In this document: piece after piece, positions 7,837 to 17,250 of the stretch
Numbering within the stretch: position 1 is the stretch's first letter
How the letters are laid out: each line of letters opens with the position of its first letter
Source: a virus
Taxonomy: Duplodnaviria; Caudoviricetes
Length of the DNA: 49,155 bases
IMG/VR virus record: IMGVR_UViG_3300034053_000009
Location: 1 to 49,155 of that record
Direction: 5' to 3' (one strand)
Notes under the pieces: model-generated
What the model saw: only the letters and a program-made list of their open reading frames with translations
Databases searched by the model: none
What the model was told of the DNA's origin: nothing
Program-made: the position numbers and the translations under genes

Positions 7837-10800
7837 CTATTCTGAGTCCAGTAGTCCAAGTTCTTCTGCCATAGCACGGGATTGTTTCGAGAAACCCAAA
7901 CCGCCCATCATGTCAGAATACTTCTGCCGGTTGTCCTTCGCTGCGGCAAACTTCTTCAGGCGGGCGGCGGTGATCTCGTGCGACTCGTTGGTAGCATTGA
8001 ACTTGTCGATCTGCGCCTGTATGCCGCTCATGTCGTCCCCCTCGCGGTTGGCTTCATCATACTGACGTACCAGCAAGGCGGCCCGTAGCGCAGCGTGTTT
8101 CTCTGCGGCGTACAGGTAGTTCGCCTTGTCCATCGTCCGGCCTTCCACGCTGGGCTTGAAGCCTATGCTGATCATTATCAGGTCAACGATGCTGATGTTC
8201 TCGCCACCTACGCGAATGATCCCGTCCTTCGTGGTCATCCCTTCGTCGCTGACGATCTTGGCGGCGCGCATCGGATCACGGAATGCCTTGGGTAGAGCAG
8301 AGACCAGAGCGGCGGTTGCATCACCACGATCCCACGCATCCAGCGCGCCCGCGAAGCCTGCAGCGATACTACCCGTTGGCCCCATCGCGTCGAAGGCGAT
8401 GTCCTGCAGCTTCTCACGGCGAGAGGCACTTGGAACCGCCAGTGCGCCATCTTTCTGCAGGCCGGGGATCGGTACCGGGAACACATCTCCCAGACCCACA
8501 CGACGCGACCAGTCGGAGAGGTACGACCCCACAAGCCCGTTGGCCGCCAGTGGCCCCAGAGCGTTCTCCAGTTCGTACCGGGCATCGTAAGGCTCGTCAT
8601 CGTCACCCATCGCAGCTGCAAACAGCCCCAACATCGGCCCCATAAACGGCAGACCTTTGACACCGGCAAGCAGGAACGAGGATGCCACGATGTAGCCCAG
8701 AAACGCTTGCTGCTCCCTACGAACCTCGGGGTCTTTGGAGAACGACTGGATGATGGCCTTGCCCAGCGTGTATGTCATCTGCTGGCCGAACTGCTTGAAC
8801 TGCAGCATCGGGCGCAGTATCGGACTGTTCATCAACGCGATGCGGTTCTCCGGAGAGTAGTTCATCTGGGTCTCGTCGATGATCGACTGCACTGTGGCGT
8901 AGGCAGCATCCTCGCTCATGCCCTTGCCCTTGGCCAGCTCGTATGTGGCCAGAGCGGTTACGATGCGGTTCCCCACTTCGGTCGGGTGCGCCAGCCACGT
9001 CGCAGACTTCACGATCCGCTGCAGGAACACCGGGGTGCCCCGCGTCAGGGAGTTCATCTCGGTATCTTGGGTGAAGTCCAGCCGGCCACGCTCGCGCATC
9101 TCGACCAGCATCTTGAGCTGGTCTTTGGTCAGCCCGCGCATGTCTTCGATGTCCACCACATCAGACTCCGCCGACGACACCGAGGCCTTCATCAGTTTGG
9201 TCAGCATGTCGGAGTTTTTACCCAACAGCGCGTAAGCGCGTTTCAGCGCACCTCCTGCGACCATCGCACCACCAAACTTTGCCGCTAGGCGAGGCGCGGT
9301 AATCATCGGCACCTGCATCACGTTCATGATGGCGAAAGCCGGCGTCCAGCCAAGGTAATACACGAAGCCGGCGGTTGTCAGCGCGTTGGATACGGGGTGG
9401 TTGGAGTCAGCCTCCAGTAAGTCTTCGTACCGGCTCTGCAACGCACGGCTGATCCTCGACCGGGCGTCCTGCTCCTCACTGTTCTTGCGGGAGTCCTTGA
9501 AGTTCTTGGCGGCTTTCTCCATGTCGCTCACGAGGAGGGCAGTGATGACCTTTTTCACATTCTCGTCAGGGGCGTAACTCAGCGCGCTGGTTATCCCCTG
9601 CAGGCCCTCTTCAGGCTGGATCGTGGACACGTGGAAGTTCTCAGTGCTGTGCTTCTTCCGCTCGACCGCCAACTCGTCAGCGCTCTCGATAACCTTCGCC
9701 CGGAAGTTCGTGCGGTCGTCGCCCTTGCCATCCCACCAAGAGAACACATAGACCCCTTGGCGTTCGCCGGCTTCCCGGCGCGAGTCCTCAACAGCATCCC
9801 GCATCGCGTCCATGTGCTGCATCTTGGCGGTCATCCGGGCCATCGCCGTGGTGGAGTCCGCCCACGCTCTTGCGAGGTCAGTGCGCTCCCAACCGGCGGT
9901 GCCTTTGCGCTGGCGCAGGCGGTGGCCACCAGCCGTTTCCGGCATGGAGGCGAAGTACGACTCCTGCACCACTCGCTTGAGGGCCTCAGCGGTCTTCCTG
10001 TCGGCTGCCGACACGTTCTCCTTGGTCAGCAGGTTCTTGTCGATGGCTGAGTTGATGTCGTTCAACGCTGACCGACTGAAGGCCTTCTGGTTGGCGAAGA
10101 ACTCCTCCGCCCGGAAGTATCGTGCCTCGGTAACGTCACCAGAGTCCAGCAACGCCTTCTGGGCAAGCTCGGCCTGACCCTTGGTCTCGAACGAAACCAC
10201 CTCTCGCTCCCCGTCCTTGTACATGACCTCCATCTTCCACTGGCCATACCAACGGTGAGGCAGCCACGGACGCCCAGCGCCGGCATCGGCCCACTGCTTC
10301 TCGATCTTGGCGATGATGTCACGACGGTCGATAGGGTCAGTGATGTTGCGGTTCACCGCTGCAATGGCCGCGTCTTTGTACTCGCGGATCATCTTCGCGC
10401 CGGAGTCGAAAATCTTGGTGTAGTTCTCCGCAGTCTTGGGGTTCTCGCGCTTGAGGTCGTTGAACTCACGCTGCAACTTGCCAAACATCTGCTTCATCTG
10501 GGCCTCGTTCTCCCAGAGTGCCTTCTCATCCTTACCCCATTTGCGATTCGCTCCCCACTTGTTGGCAGGATCAGTAAGGGGTTTGTCCACACGCAGTGCC
10601 AGTGCCTCGGACTCGCGCAGGATGGTGTCGAACCGTGCACGTACCGAGTTGTCCCCCTTCGATGCGAGAGATTGCCACCATGCAGCGATCGGCAGGGTGC
10701 CGTCCGTCCAGACCTTCTCGTACCGGCGAAGCTTGCCCACCACTTCCTCAAACCGCTCCGGGGCTTTCATAGCGTGCGCCTTAGCGCGGTCAACTACCTG

Positions 10801-13800
10801 CCCCAAGGTGGCGAAGTGTCGCAACGCCGTGTTGTACACCGTGTCCGTCATGGTCGTTTTCGCCCCTGCGAGCATGTCTTGCGTCTGCTGGGCTGTCGGG
10901 AGCTGTTTCGATGTGACGGAGTAGGGGGTTGCCGGGGACTTGGAGAATTGTGGGATAGACTCCGCCGTCTTGCCAGCGCCGACTTCCATCGACTTCATCG
11001 CAGCGCCGTAGGTCAGGTCGACCAAGTCTTGCGGGGTCAGGCGGGTCGTGCCGAAGAGTTTCTTGATCGCGCTGTCGTAGAAGTTCTTGACCATCTGTAG
11101 GAATTTACCCACGGCAGATGTCGCTTGCGGCGTTACACCGGCTTTCACGGCTTCCTCGGTCGCGTAGGCCACCAGCTCGCTGTTGCTCGTCTCGCCGGCT
11201 GATTCCATCCGTGATTGGGTGGCGTCGTAGACCTGCCGCTCGATCGTGCCTTCTTTCGCGTTCGCCCACTCGTTGATCTTGGCCGCTGCCTGTGTCGTCT
11301 GCTCGTCGGTAAGGCCGATGTGTGCGCCCACCTCGTGCATAAAGACCGCCCGCTCTGCGCCCTGTGGGATGTTCTCCGCGATCATGTACGCCTTGCCGTC
11401 GAGTACGAAGGCTTGGATGTCGCTGGTGTTGCGGGAGAACTGGGCATTGCCTATGCGGCTGATAGCCGTCTTCAGCTCGGTAGATATATCGTAGGCGTTG
11501 GGTTCGGTCGCAATCGCCTTGATGGCCTGATGTGGGTAATCGAACCCGAGGAAATCGTCAGCCTTCAGCGCCCGAAGTACCCGCTGTTCTTGCGGAGAAG
11601 CCACCTCGTATACGGCGTCGTAGGCCTCATCCATCGAGAAGCCCTCGTCGTACACGTCGTTCATGCGGTTATACCACTTGCGCAAAAAGGACTCGCGCCC
11701 CCACTTGAACGGCGAATCTTCACGGTCGCCCCACTGCTGACTTGCCTGAGCTTCCCCAACCCGTGCTTGCACATCAGCAAGTAGATCGGAGAACTTTTCA
11801 ACCACAGTCAGTTTCGACTTCGCCTGCTCGGGCGTGATGAACCACTCACGGAGGGCTTGGGCGATGCGTTGGGGGGTTGTCTTCGGGCCGTCGCTGGTGT
11901 TGCGGGACTTCCGCGCCTGTTTGCGCTGTTTGGTCTTTTCGGGGCGGCCTAACGTATCGCCGGGGCGATTGCCCATCGTTGCGCTGTCGGTCTTGCCACC
12001 GGGTAGAACGCGCTCGGTTGTCACTGTGCGGGTGTCTTGGCTCTGATCCCCCATCGTGGGGAAAGTCTCAGCCATCGACGCCTGTTCGGGCAGTACGAGG
12101 ACTTCTGACGACCCTGAGAAGTGCTTGGCCAGAACGTCTTTGGCGAAGTCCATCGGTACATTGACGCAGCCGTAGCTGATCCGGTTGTCTGCAGATGTAG
12201 CAGAGGCGAGCCGGCCCAAACGGTTCTCGGAGGGGTTCCCCAAGTACACGGTATGGATCAGTAGATCACCACTGGCTTGTTGCTTGAACCGAACCGCCTT
12301 GCCGTACGCCAAGCTGTCCACACCCTCTGCGGCAAACACACCTGCGGGAGTAATCTTGTCCGAATCGACCATCTCGGATACCTGACGGTTCTCCGATTCT
12401 GAGGTCATGGTGTCCAGCCCCGACTTGCCGTACAGCGCCGGAGTCTTGGCAAGCAGCACACCGTTGGCATCGAAGGCGTAGGTTAGGCCGCCGACCTTGT
12501 CGACCACCATGAAGGGTTTCTCGATACCAGCCCGCAGTCTCCAGTTGGCCACATCAACCACATCCTGACGCGCTGCCAACCCTTGCAGGTCAACACTGTC
12601 CAGCTTGACCGTCTGCGAGACCTCGTAGCGAATTTCAGGTAGCGAGGCAGCTTGAACATCCGGCACCGGCTGGGCTACGTTAAAATTGAACGCGGTGGCG
12701 ACGGCCACGAGCGAGTTGACTGCGTTCGTGGCCGCGCGGTGGAAGGCTTCAAGAACCTTGCGCAAGTAGTGCTTGGCGTAGGCCTTCTTGTCGTTCAGCC
12801 AGTTGGCGTAGTCGCCAAGGAACGATTTGGTGTTCTTGGCGCTTGATTTGTCGCCGTAGTGCAGGTTGATGAGGGCCTGCTGTGCCTTTGTCAGGTGCTT
12901 CTGCGCAGCCTTGACCGTCAACAGCTTGACCGATGGTGCGTCCTCTACCACCGTGGCTGTGCCTTCAATCGTCGTACCTACGTTGAGTTGGCCTGCCAGT
13001 CCTTGTCGTTTCGGTACGGATGCGACTGTACCTTGCGTGCGAACCTTGGTGGCCTTGCGGTAGGTAGCCACCGTGTCGGTGAGCCATACCCGCGCATCGT
13101 TAACCTCGTCGTCCACAGCACCGGGCTTGGCTTCATAGATCAGGTCGAGGTAGTTCTCCGCCTGATCCTTAACGCTTTGCGGGGCATCTGGCGACTTGAG
13201 AATCTTGTCAAGGACTGCCACCACCTCGGTGCGATCGTCCGACAGCCCCTTCGGAATCAGCTTGGTTAGCGGGTTCGGAGCTACTCTTTCGGTAACGGTG
13301 GCAGCCGGTTCTTGGATGGGCGTTTTTGTCTGTTCGCTTTTGAGGGCTTCGGTGGGCGCAGTGACATCGGTAGCTCCTATTTGCGGGGCGGGCGTTTCGT
13401 CTTGCAGGATTTGGCCATTTTGATCTCCTTCGATAAGTGCATTGTTGGCTCTGGCAGCAGCTTCCTCAGCCACCTTCAGTTGAACTCTGGCCTTCGCTAG
13501 AGTCCGGGGTTTGGCGTTGCTGGCGACCAGTCGTTCGAGGTTCTGCTTCGCCGTATCTACAGCTTCCTCGGCATCAATGGCCACCGCCATAGCGGGGGTG
13601 ATTACTTCATCTTCGGTAACTTCGGCAGTTTGGGCAACTTCGCCTTCGACGACGGGAGTTTCGGTGCGGACGGCATCTTCGCTTTCGCTGATTTTTGTTT
13701 CAACATCTGGGGAAATTTCGGTCGGTTTAACATTTTCAGCTCCTTTAGGTGGGGTTACATCCGGCGCAGGGGCAGCGCCCATAGGTTCAGCGCGTTGGAC

Positions 13801-16131
13801 GCTGGTATCAGTTCCTCCGGGAGGGGGAGTTCCCACTCCAGCATTGCTTGACACTCCTCCAGCGCCTGCAGTGCCCATGCCTCCTCGAACGTCAGCACTC
13901 CCTTCCTCACTGCTTTGCGCAGGAGCGGGTGAATCGGGTCGTTTTGCGCCACGGGATACCTCCTCCTCGAACAATAGTCGAGCTGCCTTGATCTGGGGTA
14001 CAGTCGTTGCCGACGCAATGGTGTCTTTGATCGGTGCGGCCACCTCGGGAGGGAGGATTTTGTTGGCGACAGCGTCGTTGATGCGGAGGTCGAGATCGCG
14101 CTGCATCTCTTCCATCGTCATCCCGGTCATCTTCGGCTTGGCTGCGGGCTCCCCAGCTTTTGTGATTAGTGGGGTGGGTTCTTCGATCCCCGGCACCACC
14201 GGCTGAACACGTTCTGCCCGCCGCATCGTATCCACTTGCTGCAGAGTAGGTGGTGTTGTCTTCAACCCTTCATAGGCTTCTGCAGAGGCCGGCGTTACCG
14301 GTGCGTACCGGGTTCCCGCAACAACCGCCTCCTTCGGCGCAGCTACTGTGCGTAGATCGGCTTCCAATCTCTGGAGGTCTTGCAGCGCCTGTTCTGCTTG
14401 AGTGTATTCAGCAAGAGCTTGGACGGCATCAGGAGCGTCCCACATATCCATCAACGCATTACGCTCTGCCGCCTGTGCAGCGGCAACGTCCTGCTGCGTC
14501 GGGATCAGGTTCAGCCCGGCACGGAACCTGTCTTGCTCGTCAAACTGAGGCTGCGCCGGCATTACCGGGCCTTCGATCTGCGGCATGTCCAACGACAGCT
14601 GCTGCGACGGGAAGTTGACACCCAACTGCGAGATGAGCTGCTCCAGCGGTGAGTCTGCCGGCGGGGTCTTGACCGGGTAGGTGATGTCTTGGCCGAGGTC
14701 TACGATCGGGGCTATGGCCTGCTGCTGGAGTGCCTGTGCTTGCTGCAGATCGGCAAGCTGTTGGATTTCTGCATCCGTTACCACCGCAGGTCTGGCCGCC
14801 GGCCCGAATGACATCTTGCCCTGAACCCCTTCTGACAAGACCGGGTTACTGAACGACATCTCGGGTACGATCGCCGGCAGAAGCTCTGCAAGGTCTGCAA
14901 AAACCGACTGGTTCGTCTCAATGGGTTTATTGGCCTGCTCGGCTTCCAGTTTTGCAAACGCAATCGCGGTGTCCCGAGCACTGGCTTCTTCATTCAAACG
15001 GGCATCACGCTCTTCCAACTCTTGCTTGCGCTCGGCTTCGCGGCGCTTGTCAAACTCGGCTTGCTGCTGCTTGCCGATCTCCATCGCCGCGTCAACTGAT
15101 GCAGAGTATTCTTGCTTGGCTATGGTATCTGCAGCCTCGTCCAACAGGGTCTTTTCCTGCCCAGCGGCTTGCTTGGCCATCGCTTCAGCTTGCTGCAGCC
15201 CAAAATCATTCGCTGTGACCCGTTTCAGGAAGTCCAGCGCCGATTCACGCTCCTGAACCCACGGCATGAGGCCGTCAAATTCAGCCGGAGCCGGCGTATT
15301 TAGTGTGTCCCGGGCGGTGTCGATCTGATTGACGAACTTGGATGCGCCAGAACGTGATGCGAAAGCTCCCAGCGGGCCTAGCGCCAGTCCACCAATCGCC
15401 CCCAGCACGCCGCCAAGTGCGGTTTCTTCCAAGGCTGCAGGTGTGTCGAGGGGCTTCCCACCTGCGTACTGCTCGATGGGGGTCTGAACGACCTCTTCCA
15501 AGCCTTCCGTACCGCCAATCTTGGCCCATTCCTTGGCAAAACCCTTGACTCCGCCACCGGCCAGCCGTCGGGCCGCTTCTTCGGACATTTCTCGAACCGG
15601 CATACCGGCCATGCCACCCAGTGCACGCTGCAGACCGAACAAATTCTCGATCGCGCCAACAGCACCAGCCCCGCCATACTTCAGGGCAAGGTTTTCGGAG
15701 CCTGTTTCCCGTTGCGATTCGCCTATTTCGCCGAGCGAAGGGATACCGCCAAGGCCTATCTGCGTGGCAGTGGCCAGCCCACGCCCCGCATTGACCAGTT
15801 TGAGCGCACGAGCAGCGCCCATGTACGGCACCAAGAACGATAACGCATTGGCTGTACCTTCAGCGATCGCCAGTCCGGGCTTATCAGCCACGTCTTGCAG
15901 TGAGTTGATGCCGGAGGGGTTACGGTCGATGATGCCTTCTGCGGCTTCCGATATGAAGTTGTCCCGGTTGCCCGAAATGTCCCCAACGACCTCCCCGATG
16001 CCTCCCAGCATCTGGCCACCGGTACGCTTGGCGGTAGTCCAGAACCCGGGAGCGTTCCGCTGAATCCACTGAGCCCCACCTGTGTCACTAGACGGCGATG
16101 TGCCGGCGAAATACTCTTCCAGAGTGGGCAT
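7837..16131 (-). CDS. giant internal virion/ejection protein (polyvalent: L,D-transpeptidase, HExxH metallopeptidase, PLxRFG-like C-terminus)
   Basis: 2764 aa, last gene of the virion operon; IHTV...ISYGCVN, FMHEVGAH and PRLAAKFG motifs. Confidence 0.8.
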   Translation of the reverse strand: MPTLEEYFAGTSPSSDTGGAQWIQRNAPGFWTTAKRTGGQMLGGIGEVVGDISGNRDNFISEAAEGIIDRNPSGINSLQDVADKPGLAIAEGTANALSFLVPYMGAARALKLVNAGRGLATATQIGLGGIPSLGEIGESQRETGSENLALKYGGAGAVGAIENLFGLQRALGGMAGMPVREMSEEAARRLAGGGVKGFAKEWAKIGGTEGLEEVVQTPIEQYAGGKPLDTPAALEETALGGVLGAIGGLALGPLGAFASRSGASKFVNQIDTARDTLNTPAPAEFDGLMPWVQERESALDFLKRVTANDFGLQQAEAMAKQAAGQEKTLLDEAADTIAKQEYSASVDAAMEIGKQQQAEFDKRREAERKQELEERDARLNEEASARDTAIAFAKLEAEQANKPIETNQSVFADLAELLPAIVPEMSFSNPVLSEGVQGKMSFGPAARPAVVTDAEIQQLADLQQAQALQQQAIAPIVDLGQDITYPVKTPPADSPLEQLISQLGVNFPSQQLSLDMPQIEGPVMPAQPQFDEQDRFRAGLNLIPTQQDVAAAQAAERNALMDMWDAPDAVQALAEYTQAEQALQDLQRLEADLRTVAAPKEAVVAGTRYAPVTPASAEAYEGLKTTPPTLQQVDTMRRAERVQPVVPGIEEPTPLITKAGEPAAKPKMTGMTMEEMQRDLDLRINDAVANKILPPEVAAPIKDTIASATTVPQIKAARLLFEEEVSRGAKRPDSPAPAQSSEEGSADVRGGMGTAGAGGVSSNAGVGTPPPGGTDTSVQRAEPMGAAPAPDVTPPKGAENVKPTEISPDVETKISESEDAVRTETPVVEGEVAQTAEVTEDEVITPAMAVAIDAEEAVDTAKQNLERLVASNAKPRTLAKARVQLKVAEEAAARANNALIEGDQNGQILQDETPAPQIGATDVTAPTEALKSEQTKTPIQEPAATVTERVAPNPLTKLIPKGLSDDRTEVVAVLDKILKSPDAPQSVKDQAENYLDLIYEAKPGAVDDEVNDARVWLTDTVATYRKATKVRTQGTVASVPKRQGLAGQLNVGTTIEGTATVVEDAPSVKLLTVKAAQKHLTKAQQALINLHYGDKSSAKNTKSFLGDYANWLNDKKAYAKHYLRKVLEAFHRAATNAVNSLVAVATAFNFNVAQPVPDVQAASLPEIRYEVSQTVKLDSVDLQGLAARQDVVDVANWRLRAGIEKPFMVVDKVGGLTYAFDANGVLLAKTPALYGKSGLDTMTSESENRQVSEMVDSDKITPAGVFAAEGVDSLAYGKAVRFKQQASGDLLIHTVYLGNPSENRLGRLASATSADNRISYGCVNVPMDFAKDVLAKHFSGSSEVLVLPEQASMAETFPTMGDQSQDTRTVTTERVLPGGKTDSATMGNRPGDTLGRPEKTKQRKQARKSRNTSDGPKTTPQRIAQALREWFITPEQAKSKLTVVEKFSDLLADVQARVGEAQASQQWGDREDSPFKWGRESFLRKWYNRMNDVYDEGFSMDEAYDAVYEVASPQEQRVLRALKADDFLGFDYPHQAIKAIATEPNAYDISTELKTAISRIGNAQFSRNTSDIQAFVLDGKAYMIAENIPQGAERAVFMHEVGAHIGLTDEQTTQAAAKINEWANAKEGTIERQVYDATQSRMESAGETSNSELVAYATEEAVKAGVTPQATSAVGKFLQMVKNFYDSAIKKLFGTTRLTPQDLVDLTYGAAMKSMEVGAGKTAESIPQFSKSPATPYSVTSKQLPTAQQTQDMLAGAKTTMTDTVYNTALRHFATLGQVVDRAKAHAMKAPERFEEVVGKLRRYEKVWTDGTLPIAAWWQSLASKGDNSVRARFDTILRESEALALRVDKPLTDPANKWGANRKWGKDEKALWENEAQMKQMFGKLQREFNDLKRENPKTAENYTKIFDSGAKMIREYKDAAIAAVNRNITDPIDRRDIIAKIEKQWADAGAGRPWLPHRWYGQWKMEVMYKDGEREVVSFETKGQAELAQKALLDSGDVTEARYFRAEEFFANQKAFSRSALNDINSAIDKNLLTKENVSAADRKTAEALKRVVQESYFASMPETAGGHRLRQRKGTAGWERTDLARAWADSTTAMARMTAKMQHMDAMRDAVEDSRREAGERQGVYVFSWWDGKGDDRTNFRAKVIESADELAVERKKHSTENFHVSTIQPEEGLQGITSALSYAPDENVKKVITALLVSDMEKAAKNFKDSRKNSEEQDARSRISRALQSRYEDLLEADSNHPVSNALTTAGFVYYLGWTPAFAIMNVMQVPMITAPRLAAKFGGAMVAGGALKRAYALLGKNSDMLTKLMKASVSSAESDVVDIEDMRGLTKDQLKMLVEMRERGRLDFTQDTEMNSLTRGTPVFLQRIVKSATWLAHPTEVGNRIVTALATYELAKGKGMSEDAAYATVQSIIDETQMNYSPENRIALMNSPILRPMLQFKQFGQQMTYTLGKAIIQSFSKDPEVRREQQAFLGYIVASSFLLAGVKGLPFMGPMLGLFAAAMGDDDEPYDARYELENALGPLAANGLVGSYLSDWSRRVGLGDVFPVPIPGLQKDGALAVPSASRREKLQDIAFDAMGPTGSIAAGFAGALDAWDRGDATAALVSALPKAFRDPMRAAKIVSDEGMTTKDGIIRVGGENISIVDLIMISIGFKPSVEGRTMDKANYLYAAEKHAALRAALLVRQYDEANREGDDMSGIQAQIDKFNATNESHEITAARLKKFAAAKDNRQKYSDMMGGLGFSKQSRAMAEELGLLDSE

Positions 16132-16132
16132 A

Positions 16133-17239
16133 TTAGTTTCTCGGTTGGGCTATTTTGTTGATTGTATCCTGTAGCAGCCCCAACGCTTGTCCCGGAGGCA
16201 TAGTTTGAAGCGCCCGCTCAAATAGCATCTGCTGGCGATTCAACTCCCCTGTATCGGTAATGTAGGTGCGCAGCAAGGTTGTACCTAGCCCGCGTGCGGA
16301 TTCGGCAGCATCCTTTTCGTACTTGAATGGGCTGTTCAACTTATTGTCCACCTTGAATTTCTCTATCATCAAGGTCTTCTTGAGCGCATTATCGCTGAGT
16401 GCGGCACGTGCGGCGTTATCTGCGGCAGAACCCCGGGCCTTGTTGGTGTCCGCCGTACCTTGAATCTTGGCCTGCACTTCCAGCGGCAGGAATTTCATCA
16501 GCGCTTGCAGCTCTTGACTATCTGCCGTAGCCAAACCCATTTGACGCGCATTCTCGGCGCCATACACCTTGTTTCTAGACAACAGATCGCGTCCACCAGC
16601 AGAAATAAGCTCCTTGCCCAACAGAATATCCTCCGCCCGACGTTCTTGCTTGCGTTTGGCTTCCGCATCAGTCGCCTCAGCCACTGCGCCGACAGCGCCA
16701 AGGCCGCCCTTGACCCCACCGCCACCTTTGAGGAACTTAGTCACGAACGCATCAATAGCATCCCCACGGGAGAGCTGGGTCGGAGTGCGCTTGTTCTTGT
16801 CCAGTAATTCCTGCAAGCGCGCCTCCTCGCTGGAGGCTTCGGGGTTAATCTGCCGCTCATACGCAGCACGTTGGAGGCCACCTAGTAGCGCACCCATGTT
16901 TGCGGCTTCTTGCTTAGGGCCAGACAGATCAGTTTCTTTTGCTGTATACCCGCCTCCGCCGCCTGAACCGATCCCACCTAGTGCTTTAATCAAGGCACCA
17001 TAGGGGTCTTCTTTTGCTGCAGGAGGCACCGCCTCGATTGGCTGCATGGCCGGGTGAGATTCCCGAACATTCCCATACCCTACATACTTCTCGGCTTCGG
17101 GTGTGGTGCGAATTCGGCTACGATCGTATTGGTTTGGGGTGTCCCCCAACATACGTTCGAGAAGCGTCAAGGGCTCTACATCAGGCGTAGCGGGGAAACT
17201 CCTAATACGCTGCTCGGTAGGTACGCCATACTCAGCCAT
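16133..17239 (-). CDS. putative internal virion protein
   Basis: AAGGAG RBS; helical, Gly/Ala-rich; lies among ejection genes. Confidence 0.6.
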   Translation of the reverse strand: MAEYGVPTEQRIRSFPATPDVEPLTLLERMLGDTPNQYDRSRIRTTPEAEKYVGYGNVRESHPAMQPIEAVPPAAKEDPYGALIKALGGIGSGGGGGYTAKETDLSGPKQEAANMGALLGGLQRAAYERQINPEASSEEARLQELLDKNKRTPTQLSRGDAIDAFVTKFLKGGGGVKGGLGAVGAVAEATDAEAKRKQERRAEDILLGKELISAGGRDLLSRNKVYGAENARQMGLATADSQELQALMKFLPLEVQAKIQGTADTNKARGSAADNAARAALSDNALKKTLMIEKFKVDNKLNSPFKYEKDAAESARGLGTTLLRTYITDTGELNRQQMLFERALQTMPPGQALGLLQDTINKIAQPRN

Positions 17240-17250
17240 ATCAATTCTCC

